Assembly: GCF_009914755.1 (NCBI RefSeq) | Contig: NC_060931.1 | Origin: the human T2T-CHM13v2.0 reference genome, Homo sapiens | Reading direction: 5' to 3' (one strand) | Length of the DNA stretch: 64,000 nucleotides | Shown: positions 42,715 through 57,180 of the stretch, piece after piece | Numbering within the stretch: position 1 is the first letter of the stretch | Layout: every line of letters begins with the position of its first letter | Program-made: the position numbers and the translations under genes | The notes under the pieces: model-generated | What the model saw: the letters and a program-made list of their open reading frames with translations, nothing else | Databases searched by the model: none | What the model was told of the DNA's origin: nothing

Positions 42715-42896
42715 CGCTGGTTCTCAAACTCATGATGGTTTAGCATCTTTAGCACCAATTAGGAATTTGCAGAAATACAAATGTGGGGGCCCTACTGCGG
42801 ATCTACTGAATTAGAAACTCTAAGGGTGAAACCCAGCAATCTGTGTGTTTAAAGAGTCCTAAAGATGATTCTGGTGATAAGATTTCAGAACCACTG
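42715..42896. mobile_element. MER5A MITE
   Basis: GGTTCTCAAAC...CTACTGAATTAGAAACTCT...CCCAGCAATCTGTG...AGAACCACTG. Confidence 0.85.
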
Positions 42897-43977
42897 ATAT
42901 AATCCAGGGCTATTCTCCTTCCAACATACTACATAGTCACACACTGGGTTAGCCCATTTTCTAGGACACAGAGGAAAAGTGGAGATGAGGTAAGAAACTT
43001 ATAGTTTGAGAATCACCATTTCATCACTCTACAGATCAATATTTTCCATCCAGAAAAGGCAACCATGCATTAAAAGCATCTCAATTCACAACACAGTAAC
43101 ATTATAGTGCCTGCTTTTTCACATTAAAAATGACTGTTTTTAAAGATAAACATTGTAACACGTAATAATTTGTTTTATTGCCTTAGAAAATATTTAGAAT
43201 TATAATTATTTAGCACATGACTGTTTACAATAGAGTTATTAAATAAAAGGAAGTATATGTGTATAATATTTAAACATTGCCAAGGCAAAGTAAAATAATA
43301 CAACATAGTATGACTTCTTAGTATGGTTACTATTGATTATAAAGATGGCTGGAAGAAGCCATCCGTATTACTTTGACTGCATAATGTTCACATTAGTAGC
43401 CACATATAGAATCAGTGTCAGTTTTAATACTGGCAATATAATTACGAGATTAGATTTCTGTTCTCCCTGACAAAGCCATTTTTAGATCCCGTCAACCAAA
43501 TCCTCTGGGCTCCATGGAGACATGTGCTACATAAATACAAAGCATTATTTTTGCTCATATCACGTTATTGTGGAGATTGGTAAATGGAGGAGCACTATAT
43601 CAAATATTAATAGTTTTTAAGCATTGAAAGCTGTTTTACACCATAATAAACAGCAATCTAGCAAATTGAAAACCAAGATAGAAGGTCATCTTTCACTTAA
43701 TAGTTCTGAATTCCAACCCGGTTATTCTAGAGAAAGATGCTTCTCTTTATAAAAGACTAAACTTATGCAAAGACCTACAGCTGCTAAATATAGGATTGAT
43801 TTTAAAAATATCCAAAACTAATGAAGCACCACCCTAATAGATGGGCTTTAGCAGATACTCCAAGTATAGTTGCATATTAAAACCTAGACCATTATCCAAA
43901 TAGGAAGAAAGGAAACAAACTAAACGTGCCATGAAGAATGATCAAATACCTCTTGCCTCACTATAGCACATCAGTAA

Positions 43978-44301
<324 letters not shown>

Positions 44302-44399
44302 CAAATAATCTGCATCTTATTCCTCCTTAAAAGAGAGAGTCACTTTATACTGAGGATTGCTTTCTTAGTCGATGCTGATTTATTTAAGTTTTTTGTAAA

Positions 44400-44650
44400 T
44401 GGTGGTCAGTAGTAGTTACATGTATGGGTCTTGAGTCAAGGTTTTACATTACACTCTTTATTTAGCACTCATTTTTTTTAGGTGAGTTACTGGTTGAAGC
44501 CTCACTTTTCTCATACACTAAGTGGAAATTTTATGGCCAAAGATTGTTGTGAGGATTAAATTATACATAATATATAATAACATATTAAACATAATAATTT
44601 TAGGAGTATCTGGCAGAGTATAAATATGCAATACAAGTTGCTATTATTAA
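44400..44650 (+). mobile_element. MIR SINE
   Basis: GCCTCACTTTTCTCAT...GATTGTTGTGAGGATTAAAT. Confidence 0.7.
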
Positions 44651-45671
44651 AACATAATCTGAATTTAAATGAATAACAATTTATATTTCAAATAAATTCC
44701 TTAAGCCTACTTCTACCCTATTTTATTTGATGTTGTTATTTAGACATTCCTTCACGACAATTTACTCTGGGGTGAATACAACTGGGACATTAATTCATTC
44801 TTTAATTATTTTTCAATTATTAGTACTACAGAGTATTTGTTTTGCTGTCTATTAAGAGCTGCCACTCACACAAACTGGGAATGGTTTGGCAGTAGGTCTA
44901 GAGGATGTGAGTGCGTACTTGAATTTCAAAATAAAAGATAATTCTATTTATTAGAAGTTCTTATCCTTTCCATTTTCAGGCTTTTGCAGAGAAAACACAG
45001 AATTACTAAATTTAAAGGCTTTGTGGTCCAGCTAAAGTTATTTATATGCCTCGATGTATTGTTAATGAGTCCATAATATGCAAAGTTTCACCAGTTGTAA
45101 AAATAATTATATATATTATGCATTTTTATGTATTCCATGTATTATTTCAGGAAAACTGTCAACCTCAGATACTAGTAATAGTTGGAAATTTGAATTGAAA
45201 TGTCAATAAAAACATTTGTACATATCACATTTAACTAAAATACCAACGTAGACATTTGGGAATATATAGTTACATGGGAACTATAGGTATTAACTTATTT
45301 TATATAGATTAACTCCCACACATTGACTATTACATATAGATTGCATATTAAGGGTCTATTTACAGACCAGAAAGACCAAAATGTTTGCCTCAAAATAGTC
45401 ATAACCATAATGCAAGTATACTTAAGAAAACTGTAGAAATGCAATGATTGGCCTCACAATGATTCATGGATCTTTTGATTTTGCCATTTGGAAGGCAACT
45501 TAGTCTAGTGCCATTTCTATATGACAGAAGCACGTTTTCTTCAGTATTCTCCTTGGAAATTGGTCATGTAGTAGTATAAAAGGTCAACTAGTAATTTTTT
45601 AAAAAGGTATCATTTTTCGCCTAAAAAGGCAACTTAGAGTTGTCTAGTTCCATCTCTTTATGATAAAAATT

Positions 45672-45769
45672 GCAGCGCACCAGCATGGCACATGTATACA
45701 TATGTAACTAACCTGCACAATGTGCACATGTACCCTAAAACTTAAAGTATAATAAAAAAAAAAGGAAAA
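45672..45769 (+). mobile_element. Young L1PA2/L1HS-like 3' stub
   Basis: GCAGCGCACCAGCATGGCACATGTATACATATGTAACTAACCTGCACAATGTGCACATGTACCCTAAAACTTAAAGTATAATAAA; short TSD AAAAATT. Confidence 0.93.
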
Positions 45770-46269
45770 AAAAATTCCTTTTCTCTTTGGAAATTGGTCA
45801 TCTAGTAACAAAAAGGTAGCATTTTTGAGCACTTTATATGTGACAGGGGCTGCATTAAACCTTTAACACATAGTATCTTCTTTAATCCTAATATTCACTT
45901 CGTTAGTTAGGTACTATTAACATTCCCACTGAATTTCTCAGAAATGTTCACTTGAGTGATCAGATCCACAAGGGATGATTAGTGCAAAAGCAGGTTCTCA
46001 TACAAGACAGCTCAGGGGATGAAAAGCTTGTCACTTAAGGAAGTAAAGATTCAATTCCTGTTAATGTGGTCTTCCTGAAATTCAGATGCAATTGGTCACT
46101 CTACCACTTTCCCTCCCTAGTGTTTTGAATTATTAAATTGCATAAGCAACTGCAATAATCCAAACTATTTCCTTTATCCCTGGTAGCTCTTTAGAACTTA
46201 GTAGGCAGATACTGTGTTCTGCTTTCTTCTTCAAACAACTCCCTAATTCTTCAATAGTTTTGTGGCACT

Positions 46270-47400
46270 TGATTTCCAGACCATTTACCATCCTTATTGC
46301 CCTTTTCTGAATAGACTCCAGATTTCTCCTGATCCTATTAAATGTAGAGTCAAGAAGAATTACGAGATCCTGGGTAGGATTTAATAGGTAGGGAGTACAT
46401 AGGAAATATTAGTTCCTTTCTTTCAAACAAGTCATATTGGGTAGAGCAGTAAATCACTATTTATGCAGGTATGTAAGTCCCAATACTAATTTGTACTGTG
46501 CTTGCAATAAACTATAATTCTAAGCATTTTATTTATACATACACTCTTGGTAATTTCTATATCCCTTTGCCTATATTTAATCAGTTATTTTTGTGAACCT
46601 AAGTTCATATTTTACATTCATCATACCCAATCTATTATTTTTGGTTAAACTCATTCATCATCCCTTTAGAGTTCTAACTGTAGGAAGTAAACATAGGGAT
46701 TAATTGTCTTTCTCAGTGTTTGATGCGCATAAATATGAAAACCTTGTTGATTATATCCTCATCCAAATATTTTATTTGAAAAAAATAACAATGTAGACTT
46801 GGGCAGGCTGACGAAAAGATACGTGATTTGTCAGTATAGCTCTCATCCAGTCCCACTACTGCCCACTTCCTCTCAACTTGTACCAATCTACTAATAAATT
46901 TACTTTAGATACAGTGGTTTCATCAGATCTTTTTTCAGTATTCATTTTTTCTTTTTTCTTTTTCTGTAGCCCAGGCTGGAATGCAGTGGCACAATCTTGG
47001 CTCACTGCAACCTCCACCCCCGGTCCCAGTTCAAGCATTTCTCCTCCCTCAGCCTCATGAGTAGCCGGGATTACAGGCACGTGCCACCATGCCCAGCTAA
47101 TTTTTGTATTTTTAGTACAGACAGGGTTTCACCATGTTGGCCAGGTTGGTCTCAAACTCCTGACCTCTTGATCCGCCTGCTTCAGCCTCCCAAAGTGCTG
47201 GGATTACAGGCGTGAGCCACCGCACCCGGCCTCATTTTTTTCAATAATGACATCAAATGACCTTCAGTTCATAAACAGCATATCTATAGAATTCCTCTTA
47301 TCTATAAGCCTACCAATCCATTTTACAGTATTTGGATTTATTCTTGATTATTTTACAATTTCTTATTAAGCAGTTGCTAAATAAGGGTTTAGAATTTTGT
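46270..47400 (-). mobile_element. Possible L3/CR1 relic interrupted by an Alu
   Basis: Weak CR1-like motifs (CCATCCTTATTGCCCTTTTCTGAA..CTCCAG; TCCTCATCCAAAT). Confidence 0.4.
46951..47231 (-). mobile_element. AluS
   Basis: Dimeric Alu missing about 15 nt before the tail; TSD TCATTTTTT. Confidence 0.95.
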
Positions 47401-47899
47401 TGGGTATTCAATTCAAGCTCTGAAACCTACTACCTTTTCTTTTTTAAAAAACTTTCAAAACATGATTCATTTAAATTACTGATGTAGGCATAAAGGTGAT
47501 TTTATTGAATGTTTAATTAATTTGTTAACCAGAGTCATTTTCAAAACATTTTCACTTGATACAAAAATAAAAAAGACAATGGAGTTAAAATACATAAATA
47601 TAAATTAATTGAAAATAATAGCACAAACAACTCAAGTGGAAGAAAAGTATTTTTTAATAGTAGCAGGTCACTGTATTCTTCTAGGAATTTTATAAGTAAA
47701 CAACTTTTAAAAAATACTTTTCTAATATCCTCTGGAAACTTTCCCTTGATGAAAGAACACTTTTACTTTCCAAAAATATTTAGTATTTTAGAGTTAAGGA
47801 TGATATTACACTGCAAAAGAACAATGAAATAGGTTTGCTATCTAATTATTCACCCAGCAACCCATCCGTGTCATCTCTATACACATCTAGTAAACACCT

Positions 47900-48100
47900 T
47901 TGAGAGGCAGCTGTGACATTGGACTGAGGAAAGGACTTGAAGTTAGGAGACCAGATTCACATTCTATTTCTGCCAGTTCTTATGTAACGTTAGTGTTCCA
48001 TTTCCTTATCCATAATACAGAATTAATACTACCAGCCTCACTGGGGTGTGAATATTACATAATATAATGCATTTCCAAGTGTCTGGTATAATACTTACAT
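47900..48100 (+). mobile_element. MIR SINE
   Basis: GACTTGAAGTTAGGAGACC...TTTCCTTATCCATAA. Confidence 0.65.
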
Positions 48101-49914
48101 ATTGATGATGTCAGTAAGCATGGTTAAGAATCTAATAAAAAATGGTTATTTTAGTTCTCAGGTTGAGAAATATCATTTTGAATTTTAATTGTATTTAATT
48201 TAGGACTTTTCCATAATCTTCTCTTTTTAATAAGTCTTTTATAATTTCATTAAAAGCCCCTGCCTTTGATCTCTGCATAATCCAGTTACAACAAAGCAAC
48301 ATCTGGTACCACTGGAGGCCTTGGCTGTTAAACAATTTGAATATTGCCCTGAGTCAGACTATCAGGTGATCCTCTACTTAAACCATATCTATGTATGCCC
48401 AGGGAGTACAGTCCCTATTTTAAAGAATTATGGTATACTTTTAGAAATAGTAATGTTGTATTACCATCTTTACCTCTAGCCATATTGCTCTTGCAATTTT
48501 GGAGAGCTTAGTTGACAATTTAAATACAGGAAATATAAAAATGAAAACTACGTGATGCTTCCATCAAAGATTTGTAATTGATAAAGTGTAATGATGACAT
48601 AGTCTGTCCTCAAGACTGATTAAATTCTAGTACTCTATCCATCTATCCATCTTCATCAGATTATTCTTGAAAGCATAATTCAATTACATATGTATGACAT
48701 GTATCATTATAAACAATTTTCATGGGCTACTTGAAGAACATTCAAATGTGGTCCGAAAGGAGTGGTTTTTAAATACTAAGAAAAAGTCTCTATGGTAACA
48801 TTCATGTTGAAATTTCTCAAGCATAAGTGCTTTGGTTCTTGGTTTACGTGGCTGAGCTACGACTTGGTGAATCATCTTTGTAAAAGAACAACATAAATAT
48901 AAATGTAAATTGTAAGAGTCACTTTTACAGTGGGGGGAGATCCCCCTCTAAAGCATGAAGATATTCTGAAGATTTTACACAATTGACAACATAAATCACC
49001 TTTTCTTAACAAAAATAAAAAGGTCTATAATGACTTTAACATAGTTTATTTTTAGCAGAGCAGAGCGTTTAGGTTGTGTCTTCAAGCTGCATTTTACTTC
49101 TTTGCACAGTGCTTGAGTGAACATCAGTGACCATGGTTTATGTATAGAAAAGGGAAAAAATGCCTGCTGTGATATGAGTGGCATTTTTAGATACAGTGAG
49201 AGAACTCTCAAGGTCAAAAATAGAAAGATCCTTGGAAAATGTACAGTATAAATATTGGATCAATGGAAGAAATTATAAAGGAAAGGCAAGATATATGTAG
49301 TAATGTAAAACTGCAAAACTTTAGTACAATAACCACAACACTTAATATCAGAAAAATGGTAAATATATAGGAAAATATATAGAAAAATGGTAAATCTATA
49401 GGAAATAAAGGAGAATCCATAATATGTAGTAAGATAATTTTATTTTCTGAAGTACACAGCAACATCCTTAGTGGACAAAAGATGGGTAAATCTTTTTGAC
49501 AAAATTATTTTGCAGATATTAAGGTAGAAATGAAAAAATTTGAGCTAAAAGCTATTGAGAATTTCAGTAACTAGTGCATTACTCTCACATATTATTTTAA
49601 ATGTTCAATAGTTTGGAAGTTAATTAGGCAATATATATCTCCTTGGTCTACATTTTTTAACACTTTTACTTTCTCTTCTGCAACACTATATTTAAATATA
49701 ATGACTTAATGTAATGTCTATCTTCTCTTCCAAACTGCAAACACCTCTTATTTGGGGGCCTCACCTGACTGTTCACCACTTTCTTTCAGCACTTAACATA
49801 GAGTAGACATTCAATTATATTATGACTAAATTAATGAGTCTCCAAATCATTTAACCAATATTCTCATTCTTGGGAAATCAACTCAAATTGATAATTCAGA
49901 AGGACAAAAATTGT

Positions 49915-50150
49915 TATAGCAATAGCTAACAACTATTGAGCATTTACAATATATTGGTTTACATAGGTCATCTTATTTAATTCTCAGGATAGATTTATCA
50001 TGAAGCTACTATTCTGTATCCATTTAGGACACAGGTGAACTGAGGTTCAGGGAGGTTAAATAGCATGTCTAACGTCACACTACTATTAAGAGGCTCTGAC
50101 AGGATTTGAGGCTTATTCTGCCCAACTTCAAAGCCCAAGCTCTTAAACAT
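49915..50150 (-). mobile_element. MIR SINE
   Basis: AATAGCTAACAACTATTGAGCATTTAC...AACTGAGGTTCAGGGAGGTTAAATA. Confidence 0.85.
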
Positions 50151-50465
50151 CAGTACGTTGGATAGTACTATAAACTGTTTATGGTAGAGTTACTTATAAA
50201 AATAAAACTAGGATGATCTATCTAACAATATGGAATTAAATACTCTTATAATTTATACAATTTAAATAATGACCAATATGAAAATAAAAACAAATTATGT
50301 ATAAGAAAAAAGAAGGCGCTTATGCAGTACAGTATTTCATTTATAATGTACGTATTGATAAAATCAGGATAGAGGAAATTCAAATAGTGTGTGTGAAGAT
50401 GACTGAGTAAATGATATATTTGGATTTTAATGCTAACAGTGGCTTTTAATAATTAAATATGATTA

Positions 50466-50936
50466 TTTGACTTCTTTTAAGCTTCCGCCTGTAAGTGAGA
50501 TTATATACTATTTTTCTTTCCATGTCTGGCTCATTTTACTTAGTATGATGTCCTCCAGGTCCATCCATGTTTTGGCAAATGGCAGGATCTCCTTTTTAAA
50601 GGCTGAATAAAAATACAGAGATCGAGAATAACAGTTGTTAGGGGGATAAGGAGAAGACAGAAGATGTAGGTCAAATGATACAAAGTAGCAGATATGTAGA
50701 ATGAACAAATCTAGAGATCTAACACACAACATGAGGACTAGAGTAAATAAAATTGTATTGTACCAGGGACTTCTGTTAATTACATTTTAGCTGCTTCTGT
50801 CACAGAAAAAAAAAAAAACTAACTCTGTGAGATGATAGATATATTAATTTGCTTGACTACAGTAATCATATTACTATCTATATGTATCCCATAACATCAT
50901 GTTATAACCTGAGATATACATAACATTTATTTTAAA
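50466..50936 (+). mobile_element. L1MA7/8-type 3' end with inverted 5' segment (about 50466-50608 is antisense)
   Basis: Sense part has TACAAAGTAGCAGATATGTAG..TGAACAA.TCTAGAGATCTAA; the antisense part is the L1 segment that normally precedes it. Confidence 0.85.
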
Positions 50937-52341
50937 ATCATGACATCTGAAATTGAAAACAGAAGTCTATTTTCCTCAGTATTTAAGACCCTTAGTAAAG
51001 AAACACCAAAAAGTCTATCCAGTTCACTTTATTTGAATTTACAAAGTTTCCAAGCGATCTTTTTACTTTAAAAGGTGTGTGAAATTGAGCACATTTTATA
51101 TTGTACATTCCACTGTGAAATTCATTGTGAATTCTATAGAAGTGCAATAACAAATTGGAGCATGTGAGACTCTGCTGCATTGGCCCTGCCAGGCACAGAC
51201 TACCAAATTAAATATTGTGTGCACATTCCTATACATGTCCAGAGTTTCACTTTATATGAAGATAAAGAAAATTGCAAAGAGAAAGATCTACAGCATAAGT
51301 CAGCAGTGCAGAAAGAGATGCACTCAGATTTGAATGAAGTAATCTGAGCAGTTGGTTCAAGTTTGTGAACAAAATTCCATCAGTCTTTTTTGGTACAATG
51401 AAAAGTGATGATTTTAATCCATAAATCCTGACATTCCTTTATCTTAGGTATCTATTTGATCACCTCTTAAAAAAATACAATAGTGAGAATCTGCTGGAAA
51501 AAAAAGTGCTTTGTGTTTTCCAAATTGAACTACAATGCCCATAGAGATAACCACATAGGGCAATGCTCATTCTTAAGACATGTTCTAATCTCTGACTAAA
51601 AGACAGAACACAGGGCTCCATCCTGCCTAGCTGCCACATGGGTAATTGAACCCTTAATTGTGATGTGGTGTGTGCCTACTAGTCAGACATCCGTGTATGC
51701 TTGCTTCAGCATTGCCACCATGCTGAGCTGCATGCAAATGAGTAAAGCTAGTGACCCGGGAATATCTTCCTATTTTTAGGACAAGTGATGATTGAGCAGC
51801 AATGAACATAAAACATCCTTTGTGATAGCGTCTACCTGCAGGTTTGGCATGCGGTAAATGCTCTCAAAATGTTAGTCGCTTTAAAATAGAAAAAAAAATA
51901 CTTTTGCACTTTTGGATTTGTAACGATTAATTATTCCCCTTGGCAACCTATTGCAGCAGCTCTGGAATGTTTCATTTTAGAAGGCAGTGAGACTAAGGGT
52001 GAGGTTGTTTATTTGTTGCTGTTCTACATAGAGTTTGGAGAAGCAGGGGAAGCTTTGCTGTTGCAGGTGCATCTGCCTTCTCTAGATTAGTGTGTGGTTT
52101 AGAAACAGACAAATCCACCTCCATTTTTAACAGGAATCCAGGTATTTCTAAATTAGGTGGTCTGGTGACCAGACTTTGAGGACTGTCACTCATACCAGAA
52201 TAAATAAGAAAGATACCTTAGGTGGATTGGGAATGTTATTTTAGCAGCCTTCCTTCCATAAGAGCATGCAGTAACATGTGTATTTCCGACCAGCAAGCTC
52301 AACACTGAAAATTCTGATCGAAATCCAAAGAACTTTTAAAA

Positions 52342-52525
52342 CCAGGGTCTTTAACCTGGAGTCCGTACATTTCGAGAGTCTCTCTGGATGAGCTTCTGGG
52401 GGTTCTGTGAGTCCCATAGGATTATAGGCAATATGTGACATGTACGTTTTTTTCTGGAGAAAGATCCTACTGCTTTCGTCAGATTCTCAAAGGTGTCTAG
52501 GACCCCTAAATATGTTGTATCCCAT
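52342..52525. mobile_element. MER117-like hAT-Charlie MITE
   Basis: CAGGGTCTTTAACCTGGAGTCC...TTTCTGGAGAAAGATCC..GCTTTCGTCAGATTCTCAAAGG. Confidence 0.65.
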
Positions 52526-53099
52526 GTTAAATGTTGTAACATATTTTTGCTCCCTTGAGATGAAAGAGCCAGAAGTTCCCCTAAATACCAATGTCAGTGA
52601 TGGGAGAGCCTCGTAGCCACACCTTGAGAGAGAAGACTTCCCTGTCAACCTACGGGGGGTACTCCCACTTCCTGCTAAGGGATAATGCTTCCATGATTCT
52701 TGATTCAGCATTCAGAGTCAAGGAAAAGAAATTGATTCTACAGCCACTCAAGTGGTATTAGCTACCAAAAGTCAGTAGACATTATTGTACTATTATTTTC
52801 TTTAGGCTTATAATCTTCAACTTGGCGGCCATACTTTCATTCAATATAATAAATTTTCTAGAAAATAAGTACAAGGAGGAGCATGATATTTATTTTATGG
52901 TTATGTTTTGCCGTAAGTTATTTTAAGAGTATCTTCTTGGGAGAAAAAAATATATTCACCTCATTACTCTATTTAAAGGGCTATGCAAGTTTTAGATGTA
53001 AAATTTTAAAATTCAGTATTGCCATGCCAAATTGTCAAACATTTCTATTTTTAGCTATTTAGTAACAGTGTATGATTTTTAAAAATAATGTTTATTTAC

Positions 53100-54350
53100 T
53101 GTTTTGTACTGTTAAGTGATACAATTGTACTATGTTACAATTCTATTACTTAATGTATCAGTTTTAGGTAATATACTTTGACTCCACACTGTTACAGATG
53201 ATGCAATCAGTCAATATTGTACCTATAGGTTTCTACATATGGTAGTTACAGGTTTGTTTGTTTTTGTTTTTGTTTTTTTTTTTTTTGAGGAATCACTAAA
53301 ATTTGTCCTGCATTACTCTCCCAATTTTTTGTTATTTGTATATTTTTAATTGCCAGGGCATATACAATTTATTCTGGACTTTTTCTTCTAATCCACACAT
53401 TTCCTTTAGTCTTAGTTCTACTACGTATATTAAGTGCTTATCACCAGCCATTTGCGAAAGTTTTCCCTGTCATCCTTGATTGGCTGAAGTTCAGTCTCTA
53501 GTACGTGAGCAGTATTTCTTGAGTTGTGGCACATTCTATATTGTTTGTGGCTTTATACTTAATGAATATCTTGTCTGGACATGAAATCCCTGGCTTAAAC
53601 TTTGTTTCCTTGAGTATTTCAGAGGTGTTGTTCCACAAACATCTAGTGCTGAATGCAAACAAGGAGAAATCAAACGCCAGCCTGAGATTTTTTCCTCCTG
53701 TAAATAATATGATCTTTTTGGTTGGCCATTTAAAAGATGCGTTTCGTATCAATTTGCTAGAATATGTCTTAAGTACATATATCCTGAGTATGTAGCAGAA
53801 AGATATGTCTCAGCATTGACTCAGTTTTACTGCTATGTAATATATGCTTTCAATAGATACGGTTATTCTTTTCTGTTTTTAACATTTTCCCCCTCAAATT
53901 ATATTTTCAAATATTTGTTCTGTTCTATTAGCTTTGGTTTTGTTTTTCATGGACTCTAATTATGAATATATAGCTTCTGCCTTGTCTGGTTTATGTACCT
54001 ATCATTCTTCCCTAATTCTTTATATAATCCATTTTAATTTTGATTTCTTGCCTTGCCTCATTTATATCTTCTATCTCCTTGCTGTGTTTTCTTCAGTGTC
54101 TATTCTCATGTCTCCTCTGTGTAATTCTTTTATATTTCTGTGATTTTAGTTTGTTTTGTTTGTGGTTTTAGTTTGTTTCTTCCACTTCACTGAATTCTGC
54201 CAGTTGAAATTCTATTTCCTCCCACTGTCTGGAGTTCTTGCACTTATGATTCATGGTCTTCCTTCATAGTAGTAAAAGCTTTATTACAATATTCAATGCA
54301 TAGTAAAACTTTAGGTGACAGCTTTCATATCTGGCCTGTAGCAACATTTT
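53100..54350 (-). mobile_element. HAL1 or old L1M ORF1 relic
   Basis: ORF 53498-53752 (GKNLRLAFDFS...WNNTSEILKETKFKPGISCPDKI) aligns by eye to L1 ORF1p GKPIRLTADLS...WGPIFNILKEKNFQPRISYPAKL; no ORF2 follows. Confidence 0.7.
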
Positions 54351-56540
54351 TCTTATAAATGCTCATCTATTGACAAATTTGTTAATTTGTTGCTTTCTTT
54401 CACATTTTTTTCTAATAGGATTTTGGTATTAATTGTCTGCCAGTTTTTAAAAATTATTTGTCTATTGAAAGAGTTGTTTTTTCCTAGACAAGCTTTTGTG
54501 CACAAATTTCCTAGGTAAGTGTACATATGGCTGGGGAAGGCAGAATGGGGTGTGTATGTGTGAACGTGTGTATATGAATGTCCAGAAGTGCCTTTGGGCT
54601 TCATAACTCAATAAATCTAGTCTTCTATCTTAAACTCTGATACAAACTTGCATCCCTAGGATGGCCATTTACCTGAGGTTTCAGGAAAGGAGCCAGCACG
54701 AGTCCTGGATCCTGGAGAAGCTCTTAGCCATTTTGTTGAATATGGGAACTCTGGCACAGGGTCATCCTTGGAAGTTAGAACCTACTGTATGAAGCAAACA
54801 CCTATTATAAAAATTATTTATCAACTATAGCCAGTGAACTTGACCATTTGTCTGCATCTGAATACACAGGACTCTAGTGGAAAGATCCTTAAATCTGGAG
54901 TTATATAGAAGGTAAATTTGAGCACATAGCACTTATGTTGTAAGTATTGGGTCAAGAAATGCCTGAAATACATATAGGGTCAGAGAAAATTACTTTAATT
55001 TTTGTATTGGGCAGTAATACTCAGTGGAAATAAATGTTTTGGCATTAAATGGACCTGGATTTGATCCAAGTTCTGAGCATAAGATCATGAACAAATTAGT
55101 AAAATTACTGGCTGGCGGCATATCTGATTCATAAGTGAAGTTTAATAAATGTCAGTTTCCTTTATTCTCCATATTGACATTGGTAGAAATAACGAGTTGT
55201 GTTTATTTAAAAAAAAAGCAGCACCCTTAAGCAAGAGGTGATAGTTCTTGGATTGAGTATTTGTTGGACAAGATGATAGAAGAATAAAAGTGAAGAACAA
55301 TTTGGTTAATCTCTGCACTCAGAATCTGGTGCAAAGAGGGCTTTACCAACAAAAATAAAAAGAGGCCATATTTTCCTGTCATTTGAGATGCCTTTACCTT
55401 AGAAAGGTGATAGTTCATAAATATCAACACTCCTATTTAAGGAAGCAGTGCGCAGTTATCTGCAGTGGCCAATAGAGGCTAGTTCATGAAGACCAGGATG
55501 GGGATCCTATAACAAACTGTGATTAAACCTAGTCTTGGTCTTTCAACCACTTGAAAATCCCACAAGTTGAAGTTCTAACAGGTTGAAATCTTCAGTTGAA
55601 TTTCCAACAGGTTGAACTGATGTGCACTTCCAATGTCTGTCTTAACTTCTTCCCCAGTATTTTGGTAAGCTTCTGGGTACCCTACATTATTTTGCTGCAG
55701 AAAGGAGAACTGGGTAACTTCTTATACCTACTTTCATGCTATCTTGGCCCTGGGACTAGAGTTCTGTTCCTCAGCTCCAGATCCACTTGTTTTCACTGTC
55801 TAGTTAGTGAACTAACTTTTCTTGAACTTGTCCATCACCTTTCTGGTTTACTTGTACTGTAACGGAGGCTGATTCTCAATGAGAACTCCACAAGAGGGCA
55901 TACCTACCTACCAGGTTCCTCCCTCTCTTGGTCTCACATTTTAAACTCACTTTAAAATGATACATTTAAGAGTGTTGTAAGGCAATTTGATGGAAACATT
56001 AATGAGCCAGAAATTTCAATTCTTCCCGTTAAACCTTGACAAAATTGGATCATCAGAAAGCGAAGGGCCTAGGCCTTGTTATTCGTTCTCTGCAAGAATA
56101 ACTCGGTCCCCTGTGTTAAAATAGAGTATTATGCTCTCAGTACTGTTAGAGCCTCAGTAAAAGAAATGTCCATTGAACAAAGTGCATCTTTTTCAAAACT
56201 GTAGTTGAAGACATGGTCTGTTCTGTGTCCCAATATCCCTTACAGAAGAACTAACAAAGTGGGTTTTATCTTTAAGCCAATGTCAAGATAGTTTTTCTCT
56301 GTAAAATGATTTAGATGCTTTTTTATTATGCAATTAAAAGGATATAGCCAAGAAACTCTTCTTAATCTGATATTCCAGAAAATTTAGAATCACATACAGT
56401 GCGTACTCACTTGTAATTTAGTCAATTCAGATAGTAAGTACCACATATTATTTTGCTTTTCTTAGGTTACTTGTTTATTTTACTTTTTCTTCATGTTCAA
56501 AACACTAGTCTCTTCACTAATTATTATGAGGAAGCACTTT

Positions 56541-57066
<526 letters not shown>

Positions 57067-57076
57067 AAAATATGGT

Positions 57077-57180
57077 AATATGGAATGCTTTACAAATTTG
57101 TGTGTCATCCTTGCACAAGGGCCATACTAATCTTCTGGGTATTATTATAATTTTAGTATATATGCTACTGAAGTGAGCAC
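57077..57180 (-). pseudogene. Full-length U6 snRNA retropseudogene fused to an L1 3' end
   Basis: 87/104 ungapped identity to U6 by manual comparison; ACAGAGA box mutated to ACCCAGA; no recognisable U6 promoter upstream. Confidence 0.96.

Noticed and set aside
42965-42989. 25-nt purine-rich microexon
   Set aside because: Short pyrimidine tract and frame-shifting length; chance level.
57077-57180. Functional U6 gene
   Set aside because: 17 substitutions including the ACAGAGA box; flanked by a TSD instead of a promoter.
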